NCBI RefSeq assembly: GCF_009914755.1
Contig: NC_060929.1
Reading direction: 5' to 3' (one strand)
Length of the DNA: 64,000 nt
DNA from: the human T2T-CHM13v2.0 reference genome, Homo sapiens
Both the position numbers and the translations under genes were made by a program. Below the pieces are notes generated by a model. It saw only the letters and a program-made list of their open reading frames with translations, had not been told where the DNA came from and did not search any database. Below, one piece after another: positions 16,209 to 30,577 of this stretch. How positions within the stretch are numbered: the first letter of the stretch is position 1; each line of letters opens with the position of its first letter.

Positions 16209-19200
16209 TATAAACATATATATTGAAAGTGAGAAAGACACATACAAAGAGACAGAGAGACAGACAGACACAAGGAGGAGTGTATATTGAGCTTCTTAGC
16301 TGTAGGTACTTGGTATGTGGGGCAGTATGACTGATACCATTGTGGAAGAAATCCGTAAATTTTCTCCCTTTTGAACAGTTTGCAAACATGTTCTGTAATT
16401 GTCTTCCTCTCTACTTCTCTCCCTTTCCCCACACACCCCAGCAATCCATGTACTTAAAGTTTTTAGCTTTGTTTTGCATTTATAGGATTAATAATTATTT
16501 GGTCATAAGCACAAATACTGAAGTGATTACAGGAGAAGTAGAAAACTATAGCGGACCAAATAACAGCATAGTTATTCAAGGGCCTTACAAAGTAGAATTG
16601 TGAACAGCATCCATGTTGGTCAGTAGTCTGTACTCTGAAGGCATCCTGCCCTGGGTTTGAATTTGGCCTAAATGCCTATCCGCTTTGTGAATTTGGGCAA
16701 GTCTCTTAAGCTCTCCTAGTCCTAATGCCTAGAACACAGGACGAGTTCTGAACATAACCTCAACAAATATTAGTTTTTTGGAGGAAAAGGCAAACAGCTG
16801 TCTTTCATCAGGGCTCAAGAACTCAGACAGGAATTCTGAGAGCTTAAAATGTCATCAACCAGTACAAAGTTTGTATCAAATCATGGTAACCAAAAATTCT
16901 CTTTCAATTAAGAACAAAATAACTACTGTGCTTACATTTACTATTAACAACATGCACATAGGAAAGGATATTTCAACTAACAGAGTTCACGTAACCTTAG
17001 AATAACACACAGTTCCATAAATCAGATCCATTGAACTATGTGAACATATTAACGTGTCATTATGTTGCCTCTATTTTTTCATTTTGCCCAAAACCCAAGT
17101 GACTTCATCACAACTGTCCTCACTGCATGTTGTGTAGTACCTGCCCAGAAAACAGGAGGGTCCAAGAGCCACAGACTAAGGCATGATATGATCCTCTTGA
17201 TTTTAAGGTCATCCTGTTTGAATTCCTCAAACTGACATGCAGTTGTCTCTCTTTCAAGACTAGTTAACCCAAATATTTATGTAGCTTTTCTCCTTTTCTT
17301 TCCTTTCCTCTTGTATCCCAACATTCTTCCTTCCCCTTTTCCCTATTAGTATCGTACTATAGTTTGAATTTAACTACATATTTCATTTTTCTCCCTTATC
17401 CCCAGTATTTCTCCAGGATGCCTTTTCGTTCTGGAGTTCTCTTAGAGTGTAGAAGGCAAAAAAATGGAGCAAAATAACAGTGATGCTTCAATATTTGAGC
17501 CATTTCCATCTTCTCCCTTGATATATTTATCTAAAACTCTTTTACAAATGTGACAGAAATTATATTTTGAACAAATTAAACCTATGTGTTGTATATTCAT
17601 CTTCTCTATACATTATAGCTCTTCCATTAGAGACCAGGGAAGGATACACAGCAAATAACATCAAAGGGGAAAATGAGGCAAGGATATAGGGAAGTTCATT
17701 CAGAAAGCAGGAAGAAGTTGAAAGCCCATCTCTTCTGTTATCTGGTGGAGTGTAGGAAGAAGATGGGACATATAGGAAAAGCAAGGGGTGAAATGTATGC
17801 CCTGATGATGTCTCTCCTCTGAGTCATGGAGGAGGGAAGCCAGTTAGATAGGGCTTAAGGAAAGTCGAAAGCAAAGGGTCATTGCATATTTTCAATTGAG
17901 ACTCTAAGAGGAGGCCAATTGCAAGGTGGTCCCATACCAGCTGGATTGTTAAGTGGCTGGAGCGGAAAAAAGGGCCTGGGTCAGCACTCTTGAATCTCCT
18001 TCAACTCCTAGAGGAAGGGTGAATGGTTTGTCAAATGGCCCACATGGGGTCCTGTCAAGGAATGCTAATGGACAACTGGTGGTGAAGGCCTCTAGAGAGA
18101 CATCCTGCAATACGGCCGAAAGTTCAAAGTAGATAGTCCAGCTTGTGGGTGGAGTGGGAGGCATACCCAGACCTCATGGTCTACCCACACCATTCGCAGC
18201 TGATCGTCAGTGGGCACTGAGTGGGTCCAGAGATCCCACCACCAAATCCACCGCAGACTTCAGCACAGCCTGTTAGCCAGACACTAGATGCTGATTAAAC
18301 GTACATTTCCTGGAATCTGAATTTTCCTTATTCTTGTCATCAGGAGGTCACATAAGCCCCCTCCCCTCTATCTTGATAATGATATCCTTAAGAAGGAAAG
18401 GAAATTTGAAAGACTGGTTATTTATCTTAAAGAATAAATGTAAACTTTTGGATCACAGAGAGGTTGACAAAATAAACTCAATTTAATTTTTCCCCACAAT
18501 CCATAAGGATAAGCAGTTTGAAAGAAAAAGTAATTCAGGTAAGCACAATAAGGAAATGCTGTTTGCTTTGCATGGATAAAGATGATTTGTCAAATGACCA
18601 GCCTTCAAGACAGGGTATTATGCCAGTCATAAAGTATCTTATGTGACTTCATTGAGCTTTAAAGGCCATAATTCTTCTCCTCAGTATCATGTAGGAAGCA
18701 CAAATATGATCAAAGGAAAAATGAAACACTTTCAGAATCCATTGTTAGGCACCTGCTATTCATGATTTCCATTTCTCTGTAGGCCTTGAACCAGGATTGA
18801 TTGTAACTGTGATCCATAACTGATGCTCTAAACATCCTCCCCAAAAGCAGTCCTAGATTTTTTTTAATCTTTTAAATTTAAGTAGGTATTGGGGGAAATG
18901 TCTTGAGTACCAAAACGTTTCACAAGCCACTCTCAAAATCATGACTAGACATTACTAGACCATCTATGAAAGCTGGAGCTATTAGCGATGTGCAGTGATT
19001 GTCCCCATCACGACCAGCCCGTTTTCACCTGAATTTGAGAGGGGCAATGTGACTACATCATTCTCATCATTCCCAGACAAGTGGATTTTACTTAAAAATT
19101 AAAATTATATCATCTAGATTAATTTTAATGTAAAGGATTAAAATATGAAAAAACCCAAAAAGATAAAAATCATAATGAGAGGGTATAAAATTGTGCTTTT

Positions 19201-20264
19201 ATCCATGTGGTCAGGACGGACATGACATTTTAAAAATAAATGATAATCTCTCAGCTTTTTAGAGCAGAATGGGCAAGCGTGTTTATTTCCCGAAATTCCT
19301 AAGTTGTGGCCATTTTCTTCCTCAAATAGAGTAATGTGATTTTATTATTGTTTTTAACTTGATTAAAATGTCAGCCACTGTCATTTATTATGGAAAGTGT
19401 GTGGGGTATATTCTGTTATTCTTCACCAATACGCAATTGCTTTCGACTCTTCCTTTTTTTCCCCTCAGTGGGATGCCCCTGCTGGGTGTATAGACAGAAA
19501 ATCTTGCTTAATTACCCCTTTCATGATCCTGGCTTGAAGCCAGCCTTGTTTTATTCCACTTATAACCTTTTCAAAACAAAGAGTAATGGGAGTTTAGAGG
19601 AACAAGCTTACAACAGTTTTTACCTGAAATAAGTTGAGAACCAGAAAGTACATTTTTTAAAAATATCAGCCAAAGGGGTTCTTATTTTTTCCTCAATCCA
19701 GAACTTTCCATGGTTTATTAGACTATAATATGAATGAGAGTAAGACGATCAGATCTCAGGGAAAACTAGATAAGCCTGTCTAATTTCCTGGCCATGGGCT
19801 ATGTGCCATGTTGGGCTAGATGTCCTTCCTTGTTTGCTGTCCTTCAGTGGCTGTCACTAACTTGAAGGTAAAATTTCAAAGCAATAGCATTCATATACAA
19901 TCTTAGCCATTGGTCGAGTCATCTCCCATTACCCTTTCCCCCTCCTTTCACCTTTTCTTAGTTGTATTTCTTCCTCTGCCCTTTCCCTATTTTCCATTCC
20001 TTCCACTAAGCATGTAATTCCTGCTGTCATATTTTAATTTCCAATGTTCTTTACACTATGGTGGTTTCCTTTTATAGCATCCTGTATTAATTTCATAGAG
20101 ATACTGTCTTCTTTTTTCTTTTTGAGTCTATTAATAATAGTTTCTCTCAAGTTTCTTCTGTTTTCCACATTAAAAAAAAAAGAAAGAAAGAAAGAAAAAT
20201 TCAGGTCTCTGGCTTTCCAATTGGAGCTTTATCAAATGGTTGGTGATTCATGGATATCTATTGA

Positions 20265-20592
<328 letters not shown>

Positions 20593-20689
20593 TAAGAGTC
20601 TGCTGGAAAGTTTTGTGTACATAGATGGGACTTATTGGGTGGCAGGCTTCTAGGTAGAAGCATGAGCTGGGATTTTTAGGTGGATGCTT

Positions 20690-21098
20690 TGGGTCAGTGC
20701 ATTTTGCATTGTCATAAAGGAATACCTGAGATTGAGTAATTTATAAAGAAAAGAGGGTCATTTGGCTCACAGTTCCACATGCTGTGTAAGAAGCATGGCA
20801 CTGGCATCTGCTAGGCTTCTTGTGAAGCCTCAGGAAGCTTTTACCTGTGGCAGAAGACAAGAGGAGCCAGCATGTCACATGGCAAGAGAAAGGGAATAAG
20901 AAAGAGACACCGGGCTCTTTAAAACAACCAGCTCCCATGTGAAATAATAGAGTGAGAACTCCACTGTGAAGGCACAGTAGAGTTTATTTATTAGGGACCT
21001 GCCCCCATGACCCAAACACCTCCTCTAGGCCCTGCCTCCATCACTGGGAGCCACATTTTAATATAAATTTGAAAAGGATAAATATCCAAAGTATATCA
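20690..21098 (-). mobile_element. MaLR solo LTR, MSTB/MSTA-like
   Basis: AAAGGAATACCTGAG...TAATTTATAAAGAAAAGAGG...GGCTCACAGTTC and terminus ATCCAAAGTATATCA typical of MST elements. Confidence 0.8.
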
Positions 21099-24059
21099 GA
21101 CCCCAAATGTCAGAATCTGTAGGTATTTTCTCTTGGGCTGGTCATTTTCCCCAGAGAGAAATCCTAATCCCTTGCTTGGGATACATCTGGTTGTCAATAT
21201 TGTTCATATTGGAGTGTTGGAGGTTTCACTCTTAAATATGTAAGTTTTCATATAATTCCATTTTTAGTCCAGCACTGTTACCCTCAGCTGTCCTGGTATC
21301 ACAGATTCCAGAGTTAACCTCAAGTCTTAAACAGTAAGGGTGGTCTGGTTGCCAGGATGTACATAGTGAAGAAACAGTCTCTAGGGGTCTTATGGTTTCT
21401 CACAGAGACCTAAACAAATCTTCCTGAGTGCAGCCCCACCAGATGCTCCCAGCCACAGAGGTGCCTGGTAGCTCTGATTCCTGGGCCTGGCCATGAATTT
21501 ACAGCTTGAATCAACCCACAGCTCTGTCTTCACCAAACCCACAGGCTCTTAGCTTTTAGCTTCCCGTCATCTGCCAAGGAAATTACTATTTGTTGCTTGC
21601 TTTTCAACTTCCAAAGCATTGTTGACATGTTTCTTCTGTTCTTACTTCTTCTCTCTCCCTTCGTCCCTTCATCCTTATGGGTTTGGGTCATTTTAGGGTC
21701 CATTTATAGCCATTGTATGAGTGTTTCAGGAAAGAGCAGAGGTAGACAAAGGTGTTCAGTTCAGCGTTTAATCAGAAGTCCTCTGTCCCCTGTCCGTAGG
21801 CTTTAGATATCCTGCCCTTCTCTTGTTTGCTGTAGAGTGCCTTAGAGCCTTTATGTTGCCGTTCTCTTTTCTTGAAGCACTCGTCTCTACATTTTTCTAG
21901 ATAATTCTATTTATTTTTCAAGTCTCAGCTTTAATGTCTTTTCCTAACCTAAGGACATCTTTCTTGGTACACCCTAGGCTCACTGTACTTCCCCTATTAC
22001 ACACATACGCAGTGCCCTACACGTCTTCATTTTTGGATTCATTGACTGAAATGTCTTCCACCTTTGCCATTGTCTGCAAGGGGTTTCAAGTTAGATGAAT
22101 CATTACAAATCCATTCCCCTCAAAAGTGTGTGTTCAGCCAGCATAAAGATAAGTAACTGTCTGCAACACATTGTTTATGAAGGAGGGCTGTCAAAGCTTT
22201 CCTGGGGTCTGTAGTTATGCCTAAGCACATATTTATCTCATGCCTTTCTTTTTTCTATTCATAATATATCATTTCCAAAAGAGAATAATCCATTCCTCTT
22301 TCATTTACTGAAAGCAGTTTTAAAACTTCACATTCCTTTTTTGTTCATGGGCTGTGCAATAGTCACGCTTCAGCAGAACTGTGCTTAATTTGAAGCCCCT
22401 GGCCTACGGTTCCTATTCATCTTCTCAAGCATGGTTGTCGTAATTCACAGAGGAAGGCCAAGTCCTCTTTTACCCAGTTATACCTTTCATTGCCGCTTCC
22501 TATTCACAACGGAAGATGAGTTTCCAGTTCTTTGAGCTTTTTTCACAAATATAACCTGACTCGTTAATGATAATTTTCCTTGCCTGGCATCTGGGCTCAA
22601 ACACACTCACTCCAGAATAACAAAGCACAGAGGAATTTGAATCCCTTGACAATCCAAGCACCATATCCCTAACCTTGAATAGAAAATAGATGCTAATAAA
22701 TTCAGGGTCTTAAAAATGTGAATTATAGTCACTTCACACTTCGTGGCAGCTTCATGCTGAAGAAATAGCTTAAAACTTAATTACAATGCTTGTCCCTTCC
22801 TTAAGTGCAGATGACATTCTTCAGATAGATTTTTGCCATGACATGTGAGGAACAGAGTTTAGAAGCTAATAAGTTATTCATGATGGAGAATATTGACTGT
22901 GTACTGATTAAAGTGTTGACACCTTCCTAACATAATGCATCTGTCTATTAGTGTATGGTTCTCCCTCTGGCCCTCATAGAATGCTCTTTGGGAAATGATG
23001 AAAATGCCATTCAGCCTTTGAATGCAGATGTATGTATTAATAGCAAATGTGCCTGATGAGTGGGATTAAAATGGAGAGCAGAAGGCGTTAGGCTTCTTCT
23101 GATTGCCTACCCCTGCAAATGACTAGGCTGCTCTTTGATAGCCATTTGTGAGACACACAAACATAATGGATTGGACATGGCCCACTTTTGGCATTTGAAA
23201 AGCTATGACAACACATTCAATACTTTCATGGCTAATTGTAAAGCAAGAAGTCAACTGGAAAAGGATGATGTATGAAGGATTCTCTTCCCCGTTACATATA
23301 ATCCCATAGCGTGAGCCATGCAGCAACTAAGTTAAGAACAGGTAAAGGCATAATCCCCCGTCTTTGTGCAAGGTGTGATACTGTTACAAAAAGAGAATTT
23401 TCTTCTTTATTCTTATGCCTTAGGATGGCTCAGGAGTGAGAGGGGCAGAGACAAAAGTGAAACAACTTGATATAAGAAAGCAGTTTCTAATGGACTGAAG
23501 TGGTAAACGATCTCCCATAGTCACGGACATCCCATCACTGAGAGACTCAAGGCAAGGGGAGACTATCATAGGAAGACTATCATAGAGATGTGTCAAGCAT
23601 CAGAAGGAGAGAGGATTTTAACTAAATAATACTCAGGTCTGCTCTCATATGAAGATTCTAAGACTCAGGCTTCAAGTGCTGCTCAAAAATACAGTTAGAC
23701 CAGGAACCTCGCATTAAGTTAAAATTCCTTGCAAAACACTATTCCTTGAGTAGTTGAAGGACAGAATCTGTGACCAGCATCGACTCCTTTTTGTGCCTTA
23801 TACTATGGGTGTTTAGAAAACAGTTCAGATTTTTATAGTGGTTTATAAATTTCAAGAGGGCGTTTTCAGAAGTACTCCTCTAAGAATTTCCTAAAGCAGA
23901 ATGGGACGCAGTGACTTCATTCCCATTGTATTGATGAGAAAACTGAGAGGTTAATGTGAAATGCCTCTTGTTTGCCATAATGAAAAGTATATCCTTTCTC
24001 ACAGCTCCATAAGACTTTAAAGTGTTGGTGGGCGACTCAGAATCTCCGTGATGGCAGCA

Positions 24060-24295
24060 CTTGGTAAAGATGAGCAGAACCGTGGAGTCTGACTGCTGGA
24101 CACCAGATCCTGCCTTTGTCACCTCCCAGAGTGTGACTCTGGCAAAATTTAAAATCCTCTTTCTGTCTCAGTTCCCTCATTTGTGAAATGGGACAAGAAC
24201 AGCACCAACCTCAGAACAAATTTTTGAGAATTAAATGACATAATACATATGAACTACTTCAAACATTACCTAGAATGTGGAGCTTAATAAATGTT
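24060..24295 (+). mobile_element. MIR
   Basis: Core 'TCTCAGTTCCCTCATTTGTGAAATGGG' and 'GAATTAAATGA'. Confidence 0.7.
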
Positions 24296-26141
24296 AATTT
24301 CAGGGGCTTCATTTTTGAAGCAACAGATTGTTACTTATTCTTGAGAAAGGCCAAGGAACTGGTCCCAGTGACCAATAATGTGCCTGTATCTTCTTCCTTA
24401 TAGATAATGGTCAGCAACAGGTTAATAGCCTATTTTGTACCAGTCCAGATAATCAGGACAGCAATAAGACAAGGATGGACCAATTAATTTGCCAGGCTGG
24501 TCCCAAAATTAAAACTGAACTTTAACCCTGCTTGTGAAATGTTCTCATAGCAAAGGTATTTGCCTTTATATGAAGGCATGAGAGAGCCAAACTGTTGCTA
24601 AGGAGAGACAAACTCAGAAACTTAAGCACTACATAGACAGGATGAAGTGGTAAGCACTGTGGCTATGAATAAAAAGGTGAGTTTTGTAAGCATTCCTACT
24701 GCAAAGAGTTTTTGAACTTTTTCTGAATTTAATTGCAGTATGGTGAGAGACAGGGTGGCAGCATTGTCTAAGAATGAAAAAGAATAGAATTTAAATATTA
24801 ATGTTCAAAAATCTAACTCTAATACTATAGTGTGATAGTGACCAAAATACTTTACTTCCTGACTCCTTCAGCCATTTGTAAGAAGGATATGACTGATTAA
24901 ATCAAGCTCCTTAGAGAATCAGACCAAGCAGAAAATCTCAGAAACAAGACGCCTTGTCTGGCTACGTTTTATTCCTGTTGCCAGCTGCTGCCAGGAATCA
25001 ATAGCTCTCTCTTAACCATAGCATGGAAATGAAATTACACATTAAACTCTAATGAGATTTATTTAATTTAATTTTTCAAATGGAATATTTTGTATTATCC
25101 AAGAGAGTGTCCATTTATTTTTCAATACGTTCATACAGTTTTTGATCCTCCATTAAGTTGTGCCCCCTTATGAGTTATATTGTGTTCTTTACCCTGAAAG
25201 CCAATTGAATACCTATTTTTCATGTGGCTTGGGTAGACTTTTGTCTCATAACCCCAGGTTGTTGCCACAGAACTCCTGGTTCCTGCCTGCAACCTGTTGC
25301 TGGCCCAGACTAACCTATAAGATAAAGTGACTGCTGTGTTTTCTTCCAGGAATATTAATTATTTTTGGTAATAACAGGTAGACACCCTCTGTGGCCATTA
25401 AAAGCAAATCCCAGCAGTATTTTTCAAAGGGCTGGTGTCACTTGAACAGACACTGCGAATGAGTTCTGCTGGATAAATAGCACGTAGTCAAAATGCTGGT
25501 TTCAGGGGCTTTCTGGGGCGGCTCTTGAAACAGGGTTGAGGGCTTTAGCTTGGGACCTCAAGACAAGGTAAGCAATGCTGGCCTTGCGGTTCACGAACAA
25601 CTCCCACATCCCACCCAAAAACCTTGATGAGCCCTGGGGATACAGCCTAGGAAGAAGGAAAAGGGACAGCAGCCTCAGAATGTCATTTCACAAGGTGAAC
25701 CCATTCAGAAGGCTTTGAGATGACATCTGATGCCAAAATCTGTACATTTCAGCTGAATGGGTGAACTCTAGCTGAACTTGCCATGCTAAACACATAAATA
25801 CCACCCAACTGAATGCATTCCTTACACAGATATTTGAATGCTTGCTATGTGTCTGCCTATATGTGCTAGGGAATCAATGATGAGCAAGACAGATGTGGTC
25901 CCTGCCCTCATGGAGTCTGTGTTCTAGCCAGGGAGACCTTAAATACCTAGGCAAGGTGATCAGCATTTATTGAGCACATTCCTGGGCCTACCATCAGTCT
26001 ATTTCCTTTGTAAATATTATCTATTTAAACTTCTCATTAGGAGAACCTCCTTTGGGAGAAGGCTCTGTAATCATCTCCATTTTCCAGATGAGGAGTCAAA
26101 GACTTATAGAGCTTCAGGGGCATGCAGGAAGATGTTGAAAG

Positions 26142-26694
26142 AGCCATCCCATTACTGGGTATATACCCAAAGGATTATAAATCATGCTGCTATAAAGACA
26201 CATGCACACGTATGTTTATTGCGGCACTATTCACAATAGCAAAGACTTAGAACCAACCCAAAGGTCCATCAATGATAGACTGGATGAAGAAAATGTGGCA
26301 CATATACACTATGGAATACTATGCAGCCATAAGAAAGAATGGGTTCATGTCCTTTGCAGGGACATGGATGCAGCTGGAAACCATCATTCTGAGAAAACTA
26401 TCGCAAGGACAGAAAACCAAACTATCGCAAGGACAGAAAACCAAACACCACATGTTCTCACTCATAGGTGGGAATTGAACAATGAGAACACTTGGACACA
26501 GGGTGGGGAACATCACATACCAGGGCCTGTTGTAGGGTTGGGGGAGGGGGAGGGATAGCATTAGGAGGACTACCTAATGTAAATGACGAGTTAATGGGTG
26601 CAGCACACCAACATGGCACATGTACACATATGTAACAAACCTGCACATTGTGCACATGTACCCTAGAACTTAAAGTATATAGATAAAAAAAAAA
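26142..26694 (+). mobile_element. 5'-truncated L1PA4/5-like element (ORF2 end, 3' UTR, poly(A))
   Basis: ORF 26272-26478 matches the ORF2p C-terminus (WMKKMWHIYTMEYYAAI...SLIGGN); short possible TSD AAAGAG at 26138 and 26692. Confidence 0.92.
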
Positions 26695-26990
26695 GAGTCT
26701 GGTGGAGAAAATTTTATATTTGCCTGACATTAGCCCATATTCTTCTTGCTAAACCCTACCACCATGCAAAAGGAGTCTGCTCTCAGCTAGGGGACAGTAG
26801 GAATCTCAGTGTCACATTGCATTTCTTATTATTTCTATTGCATTCATTTAGGAAGGTTTTCAGACTTCCTGATTAACTAGAAATAGCCAGAAAGAGTGAA
26901 ACACCTATCTCCATGGCCTTTTGCATCATGTAATTATTATTTATTTCCTTGCTTTATTGTTCATCTTATTTATTGGGTTGTAAATGCTAA

Positions 26991-27178
26991 GCCAGTGATT
27001 CCCAATGTTTGTTTCATTTGGGGACCAGCTGGGGAGTTTAAAAATAATCCTGATTCCTGGTCCACATCCCAGAATAATTAAGTCAGAATCTTTAGGAGTG
27101 TGACCTAGACATCAGTAGTATTTAGAACAGGCCTGTGGTGCCAGATGATACCAGGCTGTGGCTGAGGTTGAGAACTGG
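26991..27178. mobile_element. MER5-like hAT-Charlie MITE
   Basis: CAGTGATTCCCAA...GGTTGAGAACTG termini with internal TCAGAATC core. Confidence 0.6.
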
Positions 27179-29164
27179 GTTCTAACAGCACAGATCCTGT
27201 GTCAAGTGCTCTCGTCACCAAACACACTAATATTGTAAGCTGTGAAACAGTGCCCAGTCTATAATTGTAGTAAAGTTTGTTGAATAAATGGGTAGGTAGA
27301 GAGACACAGGGGTGGGTGAGTGAGTGAACAAAGAAACCAATGATTGCAGCAGTTATTGGAGGTAAAGTTTTAGAATAACTATTAGATAATTGTTTACAGT
27401 TGACCTTATAACAGTTCAGATTCTGTATACTACTGCACCAAAAAAATCATGGAAGGTTTTAGATAAATACATAAGTGTATGAAAAGTACACAGCAAACTG
27501 CAGGGTGCTCACATCATCCAGAAGTGAAATTCTCTTCACCTTCTTTAATATGCATTAATCTCTGATCTTGGCACACTCCCATCTCGACAGTGCAGGCAGC
27601 CATTACATCAAAGGTGATGGTTCATTATTATTTCTTCAGTGAATCATTGTTTGTCTGAAGGAAGCAAAGATAACAAAGAGGAAATTATAGTTTGTGTGGA
27701 ATGATATGATTGCTTGTAAACCAAGCCATAAAAAGGAAGTATACGTGAGCAATTGAGAATTCCCTCTCTGTCCTCTAACTGCAGAAACTGAGCAAAGTGA
27801 GCAGTGTATGCCCTATTAACATTTTAATTAGGGTGGGAGACAGACACCGAAGCATTTTCCACACCTGAGAAACCCACAATTTTCTTGTTATAGTGTTGAT
27901 TACACCCCTGGATAACTCTGTGGAATACCAATGCCATGTTGGGCAAATCAATGTTTTTTTTCTAGTTCTGATTCACATAAAAGTTCAGATGAGTCTGTGA
28001 ATATGGGAGGGAGCAGCAGAAAGACCAGTGGAGAATGCAGCATTTGTATGGATTTCTGCTGATGTCCCTAGTACTGCTTTGTCCATATATTACTTGGATG
28101 TCAGCTGAGATTATCCTCTCCTGTAATATTTACCTAAAAGTGATTGATGCAAAATGCTTTTGACAGATTGTGGCAAATCTAACGTCTTTCTAAGGACCTC
28201 CTTCTAGTTTCATGATCACCTCTGACTTTGAACTCCTGTTCTGTCAATGTATTCAGTTTAAGACCAAGCACCACCACTAGACCATATATTACCTGTGTTT
28301 AAATTAGAAAAGGATACCGCCTCTGAGGTCAGTTTACTTCCATCTGTCAGAAAATTGTCATAACATGGTGATTTTGGTAGAACAAGACACTGCCATATAA
28401 TGGAAAATTCTGAGAAATGCACAGATCTGCCATACCTAGAATTTGAATTGCCTGTCTACACATACATACATGCACATGCCACCCTTGGGCAATGCACAGC
28501 TGTATGGAGCCCTGGAAGAGCATCTCCCCATCTTGCTCTAGGGGCCATTTCATAACACATTGGGCAGGATTTGGAACTCAGCATTTTTCATTTAATTTCC
28601 ACCAAAAAGACTACTTACATATGGCTCTGATGTGCACAGATTTTACTAAAATTTTAAAAAAGCAAAACAAGCTAAAATTTTACAACAAATATTCTGTTCC
28701 AAAAAATCCTGCGGCTACGTTACTTAGAACTCTATCTTCTCTAGTGGACTTTCCTTCTTTCTTGCTTTTCTTCTCCACTTTTCTTCTCCGCTTTTTACTC
28801 CTAACCCCCTAGATTTCTAGATTCTTTCTCATATGTATCACTTTAGTTATCTTCTTAGTTACTCAAGTGACTATAGACTAATGCCTCAGGATTTTACCTT
28901 TTCTTCCAGCTGCCTATCAAAGTATTTTCTCAAACAAAGAGAATTCCTTCCCTAAGAGAAATTCTGGGGCAAGCAATCAGAATTTTACTTTGAATTTTAT
29001 TGCAAATATTCAAAGTGTAATTAGGATTAGTTCAGTATAGCAGCTTGTTTCTATTTACTTAAAATTCTGTAAGCTGCAAATAGGAAGGAAACTTTAAGGG
29101 AAAATAATTATTAATAATAGGAGTTGAAGATGCAAATGGCCTTTGGATATTAGCTGGTTCAATT

Positions 29165-29530
29165 CTGTCATACTACAAATGGGGAAACCGAGGCCTAGAG
29201 AGGTGGAGTGACCTGCCTCAAGTCACATAGCTAAGTAGGGTGTTCAGCATTGGAACCAAAGTTTCCTGACCCCCGGGACTGGGTACTTTCTGGTATTTGA
29301 CTTCCTCAAACACCATTTAATCTCTGCTTTGTGTTCTGATCACATGCCAGCCTGATCTCATGATTACTAGAATCTTGACATTAGAGTCAGACAGTCCTTA
29401 CCCTACCACTTATTACCAGGGACTTAACCTCTCTGAGCTTAGGTCTTCCCATTTGCAAAATGGGGATGCTAATATCATTACGTAAGAAAATCCAGGCTGA
29501 AATGCACTCACTGGGTTTTGGAAGGCTTGT
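29165..29530. mobile_element. Two MIR fragments in inverted orientation
   Basis: AAATGGGGAAACCGAGGCCTAGAGAGG (~29178) and ACCTCTCTGAGCTTAGGTCTTCCCATTT (~29428). Confidence 0.6.
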
Positions 29531-29838
29531 CAGAATTTTTAGAGTCCTGTATTTCATCCACTCAACTAATAAGCACATCTTACACACGTTTAGATATTAG
29601 AAATGCAGAGACGAACAAGCTATGGTCCCACCTCAGTGAACACATCACCTAATACATGTGAAAGTCAGTCTTATAATAGGCCTATGTGAAAGGGGAAAAC
29701 TGAGAAGAAAAGATGTGTGTGCTGTGTCTCAAGGCAGAGTCAAAATTCACCAAGAAAATGACAAGGTAGAAGCACTTCAGCAGGGAGAGGTAACATTATA
29801 TGGTATTGCATGGAGACATGAAAGCACATGCATAATGC

Positions 29839-30577
29839 TGAGACAGGATAGTTTCCTTGACCCCCTTCATGGGCAGGAACTGGAGTGACTCGTTTCACTC
29901 AGCCTGCCACTGGCCACTCCTCATGGGAGGGAGTGTGCCAGCGAGTGAGTGCAGGAACCAGAGTGAAGGAACACTGGAACCAGCCGGTCGCTCCTCTCTG
30001 GCAGAAGCAGGCTCTCTGTGGGCCCTGCAGCAGTGTCCAAGCATGGTATAGCCAAAGGTCATTCAACTCTGCCATCTGCGGAGGGCCAAGTGCCAATCAG
30101 ATCAGTAGGGGATCAGGGTGGCAGCCACTGTCCTCTCGGCACCCAGGTTCTTGTCCGGCGTTCAGGAAGAATCAGGTCACACGAACTGTTTGAAAGGTAT
30201 TGAATGCCGAAGACTTTACTGAGCGGTAGTGGCTCTCAGCAGAAAGGCTGGAAAGGGGATGGGAAGGTGATCTCTCCCAGAAGCCCAGCCATCTCCATCC
30301 AGGCCCCTCTCTGAAGCCACATTGTCTGAAGTTAGCTACAACTGTCCTTAGTCTCCAAGGCTCAGTTGCTTCTCTGCTCACTGCTCAGTTGCTTGTATCC
30401 TCTCCACGCAGCCACTGGTGTTGCTCTGCCAGCTGAAGTCTTTTATGGGCACAGGATAGGGGTGGGCCAGGCCAAAAGCAGTATTTGGATGAAAAATGGG
30501 GTCAGCTGTTTTTACTTAGTGCTGCGGTTCCAGGCTTAAGGGTGGAGTTTAGCTGGGAGAATAGCCCTTCTGTATCA
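29839..30577 (-). mobile_element. ERV1 solo LTR, LTR1 family
   Basis: Minus strand starts TGATACAGAAGGG...CCACCCTTAAGCCTGGAACCGC...AAAACAGCTGACCCC as recalled for LTR1; GC-rich; TG...CA ends. Confidence 0.75.
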
